Shown here one piece after another: positions 29,477-39,541 of a stretch of 64,000 nucleotides of DNA (position 1 is the stretch's first letter; each line of letters opens with the position of its first letter). The stretch covers positions 34,590 through 98,589 of the forward strand of contig JBCNUU010000007.1 of NCBI GenBank assembly GCA_039630545.1, read 5' to 3'. The translations under genes were made by a program, and so were the position numbers. The notes beneath the pieces are model-generated. The model did not search any database, was not told the DNA's origin, and saw nothing but the letters and a program-made list of their open reading frames with translations. The stretch comes from Endomicrobiia bacterium (lineage in GTDB: Bacteria > Elusimicrobiota > Endomicrobiia > DTEH01).

Positions 29477-29920
29477 CTATATATCTATCTGTGCTTTAAT
29501 TTTGTTTATTATCTTTGAAAAACTTGAATAATACTTCATCCATTCTTTTTTTGACCAGATTTCAAGTTTATCTTTATTTCCAATTAAAACTACTTCATTT
29601 TCTAAACATAATTTTTCTTTAAATTTTTGTGGTATAAGAATCCTTCCTTGATTGTCTAGTTTTACAATTTCTGCTTCAGCAAAAAACAGTCTTAAGAATG
29701 CTCGTTGATATGTTTTGTTTTTGATAGAAAGATTTTCTATTTTTTTGATTGTTTCGTTCCATCTTTCAAAGGGATAAACTACAATACAGTTTTCTAAACC
29801 AAATGTCATAACAAATTTTCTTTGATTATTTCTGTACTTTGGTGGGATAAATAATCTGTTTTTATGATCAATTAAATGATACGAAACACCAGTTAAAGTA
29901 TTTATCTCTTTTTTGGACAT
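29477..29920 (-). CDS. mraZ: Transcriptional regulator MraZ
   Basis: Two DxxxR motifs (DHKNRL, DNQGRI), EIWS; start moved to ATG 29920. Confidence 0.93.
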   Translation of the reverse strand: MSKKEINTLTGVSYHLIDHKNRLFIPPKYRNNQRKFVMTFGLENCIVVYPFERWNETIKKIENLSIKNKTYQRAFLRLFFAEAEIVKLDNQGRILIPQKFKEKLCLENEVVLIGNKDKLEIWSKKEWMKYYSSFSKIINKIKAQIDI

Positions 29921-29930
29921 AGAAGTTTTT

Positions 29931-29974
29931 ACCACTTTTTACCACTTTATACCACTTTATTTTTAGTTTGTCAA
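29931..29974 (-). promoter_or_regulatory. dcw promoter overlapped by three MraZ-binding repeats
   Basis: Minus strand: TTGACA (29974-29969), 17 bp, TGn-TATAAA (29951-29946); AAAGTGGT three times at 10-bp period (29931-29960). Confidence 0.85.
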
Positions 29975-29992
29975 TAGATAAGAAAACCAACT

Positions 29993-30871
29993 TTAAGAGG
30001 AGATTGAGAGATATAGTTTTTTAGTTATATCTATGTTTTCTTTATCTTTTTGGGATATTTTATCAAAAGAACTTTCTTTTGGTGTTTCAAGTATAAACGG
30101 TAGATCTTTGAAATATTTAAGGATATTTTTTATACCATTTTCTCCAATGTACCCTTTAGCTATATGATAGTGTTGATCTATTCTGCTACCTAAAGAGACT
30201 TTTGAATCATTTAGATGAATAAGTTTTATTTTATTTAAACCTATGTTTTCTTTAATTTCTTTTAAGACAGTTTCTAAACCTTCAACAGTAGAGATATCAT
30301 ATCCGTAAGCAAAACAGTGGGCAGTATCTATACATATCCCAATATATTTTTTATATTTGCTTTCTGAAATGATTTCTCCAAGTTCTTTAAATGTTCTTCC
30401 TATTTTTCTTCCGTTGCCACAGACATTTTCTAAAAGTAATTTGAAATTTATATTTTTAAATTTTTTAAAAATGTTTTCAAAACAAAAGTCTATGCTTTTT
30501 ACTATATTATTTATACCCTCTTTTGGTGTTTTACCTTCAGAATAACTTCCAGGATGCATAACCAGATATTCAGCTTCAAATAAGAAGGCAAGTTCAAACT
30601 CTAAAAGTAGTAATTTTCTTGTTTTTATGTAAATCTCTTTATTTGAGCTTGCAGGATTAGGAAGATAAGCTGTATGAATTACAAGAGGAGAAAGTTTTAG
30701 TTTTTTCCTTAATTCTTTGAATTCTTCAATTTCTTGTTTAGAAGGAAAGATGAGTTTCCATATTCTTGGAGAATGTGTAAACATCTGAAGACAGTTGCAT
30801 CCTAATTCTTTTGCTTCATAAAGAGCACCTTTATAGCCTTTTCTTATTGAACAATGAACACCGATTTTCAT
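29993..30871 (-). CDS. nfo: Endonuclease IV
   Basis: IGVHCS, HTAYLPN, HPGS, LLEN, DTAH, HLNDSK, DQH, ETP; start at MKIGVH gives an ATGA overlap. Confidence 0.93.
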   Translation of the reverse strand: MKIGVHCSIRKGYKGALYEAKELGCNCLQMFTHSPRIWKLIFPSKQEIEEFKELRKKLKLSPLVIHTAYLPNPASSNKEIYIKTRKLLLLEFELAFLFEAEYLVMHPGSYSEGKTPKEGINNIVKSIDFCFENIFKKFKNINFKLLLENVCGNGRKIGRTFKELGEIISESKYKKYIGICIDTAHCFAYGYDISTVEGLETVLKEIKENIGLNKIKLIHLNDSKVSLGSRIDQHYHIAKGYIGENGIKNILKYFKDLPFILETPKESSFDKISQKDKENIDITKKLYLSISS

Positions 30872-32922
30872 AGAATGTATTTTTTTCTTTCTTTGAAAAA
30901 TTCTTTTACTTTTTCTAAACTTGAGGTAATCATGCATTCAGGTAAAGCTTTAAGAAAGTATCTTCCGTACCATTTTGTCTTTATTCTTGGGTCTAAAATG
31001 CTTATTATACCCCAATCTGAGTTTCTTCTTATTAATCTTCCAAAACCTTGTTTTAAATTTATTATAGCGTTAGGAAGAAGATATTCTTTAAAGGGATCTT
31101 TTCCTTCAGATGCTAATTTTTGAATTTTTGCTTCTATTATAGGATGTTCTGGTACATCAAATGGAAGTTTTGGTATAATTATAGAAATTAACTTTTCACC
31201 TGGAATGTCTATCCCTTGCCAGAATGTATCAACACCAAAAAGAACAGAATTTTCAGTTGATTTGTATTTTTCTAAAAGTTTATATTTACTTTCCGTTTGT
31301 ATAAAAATTTTTAAATTAGTCTGAATATTTTTATAAACCCAGTTCATTAGTTCAAAACTTGTAAACAAAACAAAAGTGTTTCCTTCGGTTAAACTGATTA
31401 AATTTTTAATAACATTTAAAATAGCAAACTTATATTCATCAGGTTCTTCTTTAGGATTGGGAATATTCTCTGGTAAAAATAGTAAAACATTATTTTTAAA
31501 ATCAAAAGGAGAACTAACAGAAACGCTTTCACAGCAAGTAGTATTTGGAATAATCTCAGGAGAAAGACCTACAGATTTTTTAAAAAATTCGTAGTTGTTA
31601 TTTATGGCAATTGTGGCAGAAGTAAATACAATTTTTTCATATACTGAAAAAACTTTTTGTTGCATACTTTCTGCAATTTCAAGAGGTGTAATCCTAAGAG
31701 CGATTTTTAATTTTTTCTTTTTGGTTTCTTCTTTTTCTACCCAGTAAATATTGTTGTTTACATCTTCACATTTAATCCAGTTTGTTAAAGTAGAAACAAA
31801 AGAAGCTGTTCTTTTTATAAAAGCGTTTATCCTAAAATATTCGTCTTCTGTTTTTGCTAAGTTTCTTAAGGACAAAAGTAAACTTAAAACTTCTTTTAAT
31901 GCTGGCGTTAGACAATCTTCTACTATATATGGTTTGTTTATTCTTATTTCTTTTAAATTTTGAGGAATTTTTAAATTTAATTCACTAAAAAACTGCCCTG
32001 TAGAAGCAATTAAATTAAGAACAGCTCTTTTAAGATTTTCCTTTAGGTTTTCATCAAGAGATTTTAATTTAAATATAAGACCTCTATTTTTTTGAGGGTT
32101 ATATATTTGATTACACAGATATTTAAGTTGGGTATTTGTTATTTCAAATCCTAACCATCTAAGAATAACTTCTTCTAAGTTATGTGCCTCATCAAAAATT
32201 ATAATCTGTTGTTGTGTATCTTTTGTAAAAATTTTGTCTGAGTAAAGCAAATTTAAAAAAAATAGATGATGATTTACTACTATAATATCTGATTTTTTTA
32301 TTTGCTTTAAGTTTTTATAATAAAGACAACCTTCATAAAATTTACATCGAGTTCTTCTACATAAGTCAATTTGTCTGTTAATTTCTTGCCATATTTCAGG
32401 ATTATTTAATTCCAGCTCTTCTAAAGAGCCACTTTGGGTATCTTTAAGCCAGTCTTCAATTTCTGATATGGTTAAAACTTCTTCTATGCTAAGAAATTCA
32501 GTTTTAAATTCATAAAATCTGTTTAAACATATATAGTTTTCACTTCCAAAAAAATAAGTAAACTTTATATCTTCGTTGTAGAGATTGTTAGATAAAGAAT
32601 TTAAAATTACTAGATCTTTCTTTATTAATTGTTGTTGAAGTGTTTTGGTATAAGTTGAAACTATAAACTTGGCAGTGGGATTTATTTCTTTTAGATATAC
32701 TAAAGCAGCAACTAAATATCCTAAACTTTTTCCTACGCCGGTAGGTGCCTCAATTATTATTTTTTTATCTTCCAGAAAACTTTCTAAAATTTTTTTAGAC
32801 ATGATTAACTGCTGTTCCCTTACTTCAAAGTGAGGAATGAATTTTTTTAAATCTTCTTGAAAAATTTTTTTGAGCAGATCTAACATTAAATCTTTTGGAG
32901 GACTTTTGGAAGGTCTTCTCAT
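30868..32922 (-). CDS. dinG: DinG/YoaA family ATP-dependent helicase
   Basis: EAPTGVGKS, Fe-S cysteines, DEAH, SAT, LFTS, QGFGRLIR; start 32922 or 32886. Confidence 0.9.
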   Translation of the reverse strand: MRRPSKSPPKDLMLDLLKKIFQEDLKKFIPHFEVREQQLIMSKKILESFLEDKKIIIEAPTGVGKSLGYLVAALVYLKEINPTAKFIVSTYTKTLQQQLIKKDLVILNSLSNNLYNEDIKFTYFFGSENYICLNRFYEFKTEFLSIEEVLTISEIEDWLKDTQSGSLEELELNNPEIWQEINRQIDLCRRTRCKFYEGCLYYKNLKQIKKSDIIVVNHHLFFLNLLYSDKIFTKDTQQQIIIFDEAHNLEEVILRWLGFEITNTQLKYLCNQIYNPQKNRGLIFKLKSLDENLKENLKRAVLNLIASTGQFFSELNLKIPQNLKEIRINKPYIVEDCLTPALKEVLSLLLSLRNLAKTEDEYFRINAFIKRTASFVSTLTNWIKCEDVNNNIYWVEKEETKKKKLKIALRITPLEIAESMQQKVFSVYEKIVFTSATIAINNNYEFFKKSVGLSPEIIPNTTCCESVSVSSPFDFKNNVLLFLPENIPNPKEEPDEYKFAILNVIKNLISLTEGNTFVLFTSFELMNWVYKNIQTNLKIFIQTESKYKLLEKYKSTENSVLFGVDTFWQGIDIPGEKLISIIIPKLPFDVPEHPIIEAKIQKLASEGKDPFKEYLLPNAIINLKQGFGRLIRRNSDWGIISILDPRIKTKWYGRYFLKALPECMITSSLEKVKEFFKERKKYIL

Positions 32923-33404
32923 TTGAGTTGTTTTATTACAGGAACTTCTTTGCATTCCATAAAAAAAGGACAGTTTATACACTCTGTCCAAACTTTGTGA
33001 GGGAGAGAATCTCTTGAAATAATTTCATAATTTAACTTTTTAAAAAACTCAGGTACAAATGTTAATGCAAAAATTTTTTTTATTCCTAAAATTTTTGCTT
33101 CTTTTTCAATCCTATCTACAATAGCACTTCCTAATCCTTTATGTTGATATTTTTCCTCTACTGCTAAAGATCTAATTTCTGCTAAAACATCTTGATCTTT
33201 TCCTGTCCAGGTTATGTGGAATGCTCCGCATCCAACAGTTTTGTTTTTATATTTTATTACAAAGAATTCTAAAAGTTTTTCATAAATTTCATTCATTACT
33301 CTTGGAAGTAATAATTTTTTTTTTGCAAATTTATTAATCAACTTATAGATAGAATAAACATCCTCTACCTTTGCTTTTTGTATTTTATATTTCATAACCG
33401 ACAT
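32919..33404 (-). CDS. Short ArgA-like GNAT N-acetyltransferase
   Basis: LLPR, LAEIRSLAV, QHKGLG, FALT, LPHKVWTECINCP. Confidence 0.85.
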   Translation of the reverse strand: MSVMKYKIQKAKVEDVYSIYKLINKFAKKKLLLPRVMNEIYEKLLEFFVIKYKNKTVGCGAFHITWTGKDQDVLAEIRSLAVEEKYQHKGLGSAIVDRIEKEAKILGIKKIFALTFVPEFFKKLNYEIISRDSLPHKVWTECINCPFFMECKEVPVIKQLK

Positions 33405-33930
33405 CTAGTGCCTTAAGATTAAGCGTTAAATTTTTTTTATTAAACATATTTGATAAAACTTTTTTTATAATATAAATATCTATAATTTTAGTTCTATGAA
33501 TTAATGCTCCTAACATCACTATATTTGATACTAAAGTATTGCCTATTTTGTTTGCTATTTCTGTAGCAGCCACTTTTATAACTTCCAGATTTTTTGCGTA
33601 TTGATTAATAAACTTTTTTATTTCTTCCTGTTCTTCAATTAACGAAGTATTTAAAAATAAAAATTTTTGTGGAATAAATTTTTTTACAAATTTTAAATAA
33701 GAAGGCATGTTCATTATGATGGCTACAGTTGGATTTTCTATTATGGGAGAATAGATGAAATTGTTTGATATTTTTACCATACAATTTGCGGTTCCACCTC
33801 TTATTTCTGCTCCATAAGATGGATAGTAAGTTGCAAACTTGTTTTCTTGAATTGCAGAAAATGTTAGTATCTTGCCTAAAGACAACACTCCCTGCCCGCC
33901 GCTTCCTGCTATAAAAATTTCTTCATACAT
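33385..33930 (-). CDS. 2-oxoacid:ferredoxin oxidoreductase gamma subunit
   Basis: AGSGGQG, PSYGAEIRGGTANC, NIVMLGA. Confidence 0.92.
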   Translation of the reverse strand: MYEEIFIAGSGGQGVLSLGKILTFSAIQENKFATYYPSYGAEIRGGTANCMVKISNNFIYSPIIENPTVAIIMNMPSYLKFVKKFIPQKFLFLNTSLIEEQEEIKKFINQYAKNLEVIKVAATEIANKIGNTLVSNIVMLGALIHRTKIIDIYIIKKVLSNMFNKKNLTLNLKALDVGYEI

Positions 33931-34672
33931 CTTTTATAACTCCTAATGGGAAAAATTTTGTAAGTTCTTTTTCTACCCAGTTTTTTGCTTCAAGAGGTTC
34001 TAAATGAAGTCCTGTTGGACACATAGAAAGAACCTCTACAAAAGAAAATCCTTTGTTTTCAATCTGATTGATGAACGCTTTTTTAATGTAGGATTTAGTA
34101 ATTGTTATGTTTTTTGGATCAGTAACACTTCCTCGCGCTATAAATTTTGTTCCATCTAATACTGCTAAAAGCTCAGAAACCTTTAATGGATATCCGTCTC
34201 TAAAAACTTCTCTTCCATAAGGAGTGGTTAAAGTTTTTTGTCCTACAAGAGTTGTTGGTGCCATTTGTCCTGATGTCATTCCATAGACAGTGTTGTTTAC
34301 AAAAATTACTGTAATGTTTTCTGAACGATTTGCTGCGTGAATTATCTCAGCAGTTCCTATAGCAGCAAGATCCCCATCACCTTGATAAGTAAACACGATT
34401 CTATCTGGAAGCACTCTTTTTATCCCTGTGGCTACAGCAGGAGGTCTTCCATGGGGTGCTTCTGTTACATCAAAGTCCCAGTAATCATACGCAAAAACAG
34501 CACATCCTACAGGCGCAACAGCTATTGTTTTTTCTCTTATGTTTAGTTCATCTATAATTTCAGCAACAACTCTATGGATAATTCCATGCCCACATCCCGG
34601 GCAAAAATTATGATGATTTTTCTTTAAACTTTTAGGTTTTATAAATTTTGTTAGCTGCATTTCGTTTACCAA
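33923..34672 (-). CDS. 2-oxoacid:ferredoxin oxidoreductase beta (TPP-binding) subunit
   Basis: FCPGCGHG, QGDGD, NN..YGMTSGQ, CPT. Confidence 0.93.
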   Translation of the reverse strand: MVNEMQLTKFIKPKSLKKNHHNFCPGCGHGIIHRVVAEIIDELNIREKTIAVAPVGCAVFAYDYWDFDVTEAPHGRPPAVATGIKRVLPDRIVFTYQGDGDLAAIGTAEIIHAANRSENITVIFVNNTVYGMTSGQMAPTTLVGQKTLTTPYGREVFRDGYPLKVSELLAVLDGTKFIARGSVTDPKNITITKSYIKKAFINQIENKGFSFVEVLSMCPTGLHLEPLEAKNWVEKELTKFFPLGVIKDV

Positions 34673-34688
34673 CTAAAACTAATTAATA

Positions 34689-35753
34689 TTAATTCTGAAA
34701 GATACTTTTTACATTTTCTATTATTTCTTTTGCAGAAACTAAACAACCTCCTGGTCTTCCATAAAAAAATACTTTTTTTTCTTCTACTGCAAGTTTAACA
34801 TCTTCAACCATCTGTCCTAAATTCATTTCTACTACCAAAAATTTTTTAACTTTTTTAGAAATTTCTTTAATTTCTTTGTAGGGAAAAGGAAAAAGAGTTT
34901 GTGGCCTTATAAGTCCTGCTTTAATGTTTTGTTTTCTAAGTTTATATACAGCATCTAAAGCTGCTCTTGCAGCAATTCCATAAGCAACAAGACAAATTTC
35001 TGCATCTTCTATTTCATATAGTTTTACTCTTACTTCGTTTTCTTTTATTTTTTCATACTTTTCTTTTAATTTCATGTTATGTTTTTCTAACTCTCCTTCT
35101 TGCATAAGCAAAGATCTTATTTTTCTTGAAGGCCTGTTTTTTGCGCCATCTAGTATCCAGCTTTTGTCGACTTGTTGGTTTATTTTAACATTGAGTTTAG
35201 ATTCTTCCTTTTGTGTATCTAAAACTTCCATTGTTTGCCCTAAGTAGCCATCGTATAATATCAATACAGGATTTCTGTATTTTTCTGCAAGCAAAAAAGA
35301 TTCCTTTGCAAAGTGATAAATTTCTTCTACACTAAATGGTGCTAAAACTATACAGTGATAGTCTCCATGACCACCACCCTTGGTAGATTGAAAATAATCC
35401 TGTTGGGAACCGCTTATGTTTCCCAGGCCAGGTCCTCCTCGCATTACATTAACAACTACACATGGTAACTCACATGCGCAGAGATAAGAAATAGTTTCTT
35501 GCATTAAAGATATCCCAGGAGAAGAAGATGATGTCATAGCTCTTTTTCCTGTAGTTGCTGTACCAAACACCATGTTTATAGCAGCGATTTCTGATTCTAC
35601 TTGTAAAAAAACTTTGTTTATTTTAGGTAAAACTTCAGCAAAGTAGGCAGATATTTCATTTTGCGGTGTTATAGGATACGCATAATACGCATCAAGTCCA
35701 CCTTCAATTGCTCCTTCGCATAGAGCAATATTTCCTTGTAATACTTTTTTCAT
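34689..35753 (-). CDS. 2-oxoacid:ferredoxin oxidoreductase alpha subunit (Vor-type)
   Basis: YPITPQ, ESEIAA, TSSSSPG, RGGPGLG, VEMNLGQ. Confidence 0.93.
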   Translation of the reverse strand: MKKVLQGNIALCEGAIEGGLDAYYAYPITPQNEISAYFAEVLPKINKVFLQVESEIAAINMVFGTATTGKRAMTSSSSPGISLMQETISYLCACELPCVVVNVMRGGPGLGNISGSQQDYFQSTKGGGHGDYHCIVLAPFSVEEIYHFAKESFLLAEKYRNPVLILYDGYLGQTMEVLDTQKEESKLNVKINQQVDKSWILDGAKNRPSRKIRSLLMQEGELEKHNMKLKEKYEKIKENEVRVKLYEIEDAEICLVAYGIAARAALDAVYKLRKQNIKAGLIRPQTLFPFPYKEIKEISKKVKKFLVVEMNLGQMVEDVKLAVEEKKVFFYGRPGGCLVSAKEIIENVKSIFQN

Positions 35754-35757
35754 AAGT

Positions 35758-35985
35758 TTATTTTTCTTCAAAAATTTCAATTAGATAGTCAGGACACATA
35801 ATATAGCATCTTCCACAACCTGTACAATTTTGTGGATTTATAACCTCTACATATCTGTAGCCAAGTTTATTTATTTTTTCAGATAGTCCTAAAACACCTT
35901 GTGGACAAGTTTCTATACAGAATTGACATCCTTTACAATATTGAGTTTCTATTACAATTTTAAATTTTTTTGTTAAAACTCTCAT
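35758..35985 (-). CDS. 2x[4Fe-4S] ferredoxin-like delta subunit
   Basis: CKGCQFCIETCP and CTGCGRCYIMCP. Confidence 0.92.
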   Translation of the reverse strand: MRVLTKKFKIVIETQYCKGCQFCIETCPQGVLGLSEKINKLGYRYVEVINPQNCTGCGRCYIMCPDYLIEIFEEK

Positions 35986-37645
35986 TGGCTTCTTTTATTA
36001 GTTTTTTGGCATGATTTAAGGAAGTTTCATTAATTTTGCTTCCACTTAACATTCTGGCAAGTTCCTCTATTCTTTTTTCTCCATTTAAAGTTTCCACTTC
36101 AATTAAAGTGGTGTTTTCTGATTGATATTTTTTAACTGCAAAATGTATGTCTCCAAAACATGCAATTTGTGGTAAATGAGTTATACAAAAAATTTGTTTA
36201 TTTTGCAATGTAAGTTGTTTAAGTTTTTTACCTATCACAAATCCCATAGGGCCACCTACACCTGAGTCTATCTCATCAAAGATAAGAAATGGTGTTTCTT
36301 CTTTTTTTCCTAAAACAGTTTTTATAGCAAGCATTATTCTTGAAAGTTCTCCTCCAGAGGCTATTTCTTTTAGTGGTAAAAAAGGGCTACCTGGATTTGT
36401 AGAAATTAAAAACTCAATTTTATCCAAACCCGAAGGTCCTAAATTTTCTTCATCTGGAGGTAAACTTTCAAGTTTTATTTTAATTTTTGCTTTCTGTAGA
36501 CCTAAAGTGGGAAGTTCCATATTAATTTCTTTTTCTATTTCCTTTGCAGCTCTGTTTCTTATTTCTGAGATTTCCTTAGCTTCCTTTATAAGGTATTCTT
36601 TGAGATTTATGGTTTCTTTTTGTATTTCTTCCAGCTGTTGATCTTTTATGTTTATTTGGTTTAGTTGTTTTTTTAAATCTTCGTAGTGACTTTTTATCTC
36701 CTGAATGGATTTACCATATTTACGTTTTAGTTTTTTTATTAGATCTACTCTATCTATTAAGTTGTCTATATATTCAGTAGTATATGTAGAAAAAAATTTT
36801 TTATAAGATTCAGTTTGAATATTTAGGTTTTCTATTTCTGTTTCAATTGTTATAAGACTTTTTTGGTTTAGTTCTTTTATATATTGATTAAGCATTTGGA
36901 ACAATTTTTGAAGAGTAAGTATCTTCTGACTGATTTCTGTAAGATTAAATTTTACTTCAGATAATAGATTTAAAATTTTCTGGACATTTTTTGCTTTTTC
37001 AAGTTCTTCTTCTAAAGTTTCATCTTCTGGTGTAAGATTTGCTTGTTCAATCTCAGAGATTTGATACTTTATAAGTTCAAGTTGTTTTTCTTTGTGTTGA
37101 ATTTCATTTTTAAGTGCATCTAATAATTCAAGTTTTTTCTTATAGAGGTAGTATTGATTTTTAAAATTTTTTACCCTCTGGGAGATTCCAGTGTATTTAT
37201 CTAATGCTTCAAGTTGATCTGAAGAAACTAACAACTTCTGATGTTCATTTTGTCCATGAATATCTACAAGTTTATTAAGAATTTTTTTAACAAAGTTCGA
37301 AGTTACAACTTTATCGTTTATAAAAAATTTAGATTTGTTTTGTTTGTCTATTTCTCTTCTTACTATAAGTTCATCTTCAAAAGATAATTCAGAAAACTCA
37401 CTTATTTCAGAAAAATTTTCTTTCAAATTATTGTTTAACTCAAAAATTCCAACAATCTCACATTTTTCAGAAAAACTTCCTACTACAGATGTTTTTTGTT
37501 TTTCACCACATAGAAGAGAAATTGCTTCTATAATAATTGACTTCCCGGCACCGGTTTCACCAGTGAAGATGTTTAGGCCATTTTTAAACTCTAATTTTAA
37601 TTCTTTTATAAAGATGTAGTTTTTAAGCTCTAAATATGTAAGCAT
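35960..37645 (-). CDS. recN: DNA repair protein RecN
   Basis: TGETGAGKS, IHGQNEH, ASGGELSR, FDEID, ITHLPQ. Confidence 0.96.
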   Translation of the reverse strand: MLTYLELKNYIFIKELKLEFKNGLNIFTGETGAGKSIIIEAISLLCGEKQKTSVVGSFSEKCEIVGIFELNNNLKENFSEISEFSELSFEDELIVRREIDKQNKSKFFINDKVVTSNFVKKILNKLVDIHGQNEHQKLLVSSDQLEALDKYTGISQRVKNFKNQYYLYKKKLELLDALKNEIQHKEKQLELIKYQISEIEQANLTPEDETLEEELEKAKNVQKILNLLSEVKFNLTEISQKILTLQKLFQMLNQYIKELNQKSLITIETEIENLNIQTESYKKFFSTYTTEYIDNLIDRVDLIKKLKRKYGKSIQEIKSHYEDLKKQLNQINIKDQQLEEIQKETINLKEYLIKEAKEISEIRNRAAKEIEKEINMELPTLGLQKAKIKIKLESLPPDEENLGPSGLDKIEFLISTNPGSPFLPLKEIASGGELSRIMLAIKTVLGKKEETPFLIFDEIDSGVGGPMGFVIGKKLKQLTLQNKQIFCITHLPQIACFGDIHFAVKKYQSENTTLIEVETLNGEKRIEELARMLSGSKINETSLNHAKKLIKEANESFNKKI

Positions 37646-37655
37646 ATTTTGTCAA

Positions 37656-37745
37656 CGGAGAGGGAGGGATTTGAACCCTCGGTCCCGCTTTTGGCAGGAC
37701 ACACGATTTCCAGTCGTGCCCGTTAAGCCGCTCCGGCACCTCTCC
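37656..37745 (-). tRNA. tRNA-Ser (GGA)
   Basis: GGAGAGG acceptor, CACGA-CTGGAAA-TCGTG anticodon arm, long variable arm, G73. Confidence 0.95.
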
Positions 37746-37752
37746 GGATATT

Positions 37753-38373
37753 TTACAAATGTTCTTTTATTAAAGGAATAATCCTTTTTATAGCAATAGC
37801 TCTATGACTTATACTATTTTTTTCTTCTTGTTTCAATTCTGCGAATGTTTTTTGCTTGGGGGGAAAATAAAATACAGGGTCGTATCCAAATCCATTTGTT
37901 CCTTGAGGTACAAAAGTTATATAACCTTTAACTTCTCCTTTCCTTGTGAAAGTTTTATTTTTTTGCGGAAGATATAAACAAGAAATCGTTATAAATTTTG
38001 CTGTCCTTTTTTCCCATGGTACATCCTTTAATTCATTTAATAGTTTTTTATAGTTATCTTCATATGTAGCTGTATGTCTTTTAGGATCTTTATCTGCATA
38101 CCTTGCAGAGTAAACTCCAGGAGCTCCATTAAGATAGTCAACAAAAAGGCCAGTATCTTCAGCTAAGGTAGGAAGTCCTGTAAAATTACCTACAACTTTT
38201 GCTTTTTTAATTGCGTTTTCTTTTAGAGTTTTGCCATCTTCTTCTACTTCTGGAAGGTTTTGAAAATCAAACATAGAAAGAATCTGTATATTTTTTAAAC
38301 CTGATTTTTCCAATATAGCTTTAATCTCTTTTAATTTATCTATGTTTCTAGTAGATATTACTAGTTTTTTCAC
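37753..38373 (-). CDS. rdgB: Non-canonical purine NTP pyrophosphatase (RdgB/HAM1)
   Basis: EDTGL, PGVYSARY, GFGYDP, KNSISHR. Confidence 0.95.
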   Translation of the reverse strand: MKKLVISTRNIDKLKEIKAILEKSGLKNIQILSMFDFQNLPEVEEDGKTLKENAIKKAKVVGNFTGLPTLAEDTGLFVDYLNGAPGVYSARYADKDPKRHTATYEDNYKKLLNELKDVPWEKRTAKFITISCLYLPQKNKTFTRKGEVKGYITFVPQGTNGFGYDPVFYFPPKQKTFAELKQEEKNSISHRAIAIKRIIPLIKEHL

Positions 38374-38378
38374 AGTTT

Positions 38379-39488
38379 TTAGTAAAGTTTAAGTTGTTTA
38401 ACGATTAATTTTATGTCAGGTTTTATGGTTTTGATTTTTACATATTTTTTGGAAGTGTTGATAGCACATTCAGGATCTTTTAAACCATGTCCAGTTAAAA
38501 TACACACTATATTTGCATTTTGATGTTTATTGAAATAGCCAATTTTTACATATTTTAGAAGCCCTGCTAAAGATGCAGCAGAGGCTGGTTCTACAAATAT
38601 ACCTTCTAAAGAGGATAAAAGATAATATGCTTGTAAAATCTCTTTATCTGTAACTGTGTCAATTACACCTCCTGATTCGTCTCTTGCTTGTTCTGCAAAT
38701 TTCCATGAAGCTGGATTCCCTATTCTTATAGCGGTCGCAATTGTTTTAGGGTTCTTTATAGGTTTGCCCTTCACAATAGGAGCAGCTCCTTCAGCTTCAA
38801 ATCCCATGATTTTAGGTAGTTTTGTTCTTTCAATTTTAAGTTGAGAAAATTTTCCTTCTTTAAATTCTTTGTATCCTTTCCAGTAAGCTGTTATGTTTCC
38901 TGCGTTTCCTACAGGCATAAATTGATAATCGGGAACAAATCCAAGTTGTTGAATTATTTCAAAAGATGCTGTTTTTTGTCCCTCAATTCTGTAAGGGTTA
39001 AGAGAGTTAACCAGAGTAACAGGATAGTTTCTTGAAATTTCTTTTACTAATTTCAATGCTTCATCAAAATTTCCCTCAACTGCATAAACTTCTGCTCCGT
39101 GCATTACCGCTTGTGAAAGTTTTCCTAATGCAATAGCACCTTTGGGGATTACAACTATACATCTTATGTTTGCTTTTGCAGCATAAGCTGCGGCTGAGGC
39201 AGAGGTGTTACCTGTAGAGGCACATATAACAACTTTTGAATTTTCTTCCTTTGCTTTGGAGATTGCTACAGTCATTCCTCTATCTTTAAATGAACCTGTT
39301 GGGTTTGCTCCCTCATATTTAAGGTATATTTTCAAGTTTACATTAAATTCTTTTTTAATTTTGTATTCGAGATTTTCTGCTTCAACTAAGGGAGTGTTTC
39401 CTTCATAAAGAGTGATTACTGGAGTTCTTTCTGTGACTGGCAAAATTTCCTTAAAATGTTTGATAACACCTGGCCATATTTTGCTCAT
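38379..39488 (-). CDS. thrC: Threonine synthase
   Basis: NPTGSFKDRG, CASTGNT, PVGNAGN, EPASA, TGHGLKD. Confidence 0.94.
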   Translation of the reverse strand: MSKIWPGVIKHFKEILPVTERTPVITLYEGNTPLVEAENLEYKIKKEFNVNLKIYLKYEGANPTGSFKDRGMTVAISKAKEENSKVVICASTGNTSASAAAYAAKANIRCIVVIPKGAIALGKLSQAVMHGAEVYAVEGNFDEALKLVKEISRNYPVTLVNSLNPYRIEGQKTASFEIIQQLGFVPDYQFMPVGNAGNITAYWKGYKEFKEGKFSQLKIERTKLPKIMGFEAEGAAPIVKGKPIKNPKTIATAIRIGNPASWKFAEQARDESGGVIDTVTDKEILQAYYLLSSLEGIFVEPASAASLAGLLKYVKIGYFNKHQNANIVCILTGHGLKDPECAINTSKKYVKIKTIKPDIKLIVKQLKLY

Positions 39489-39541
39489 GGGTCGAAGTTA
39501 AATTTTATAGAAAGCAGGTCCTTTTTTGTTTAAATAAAATT

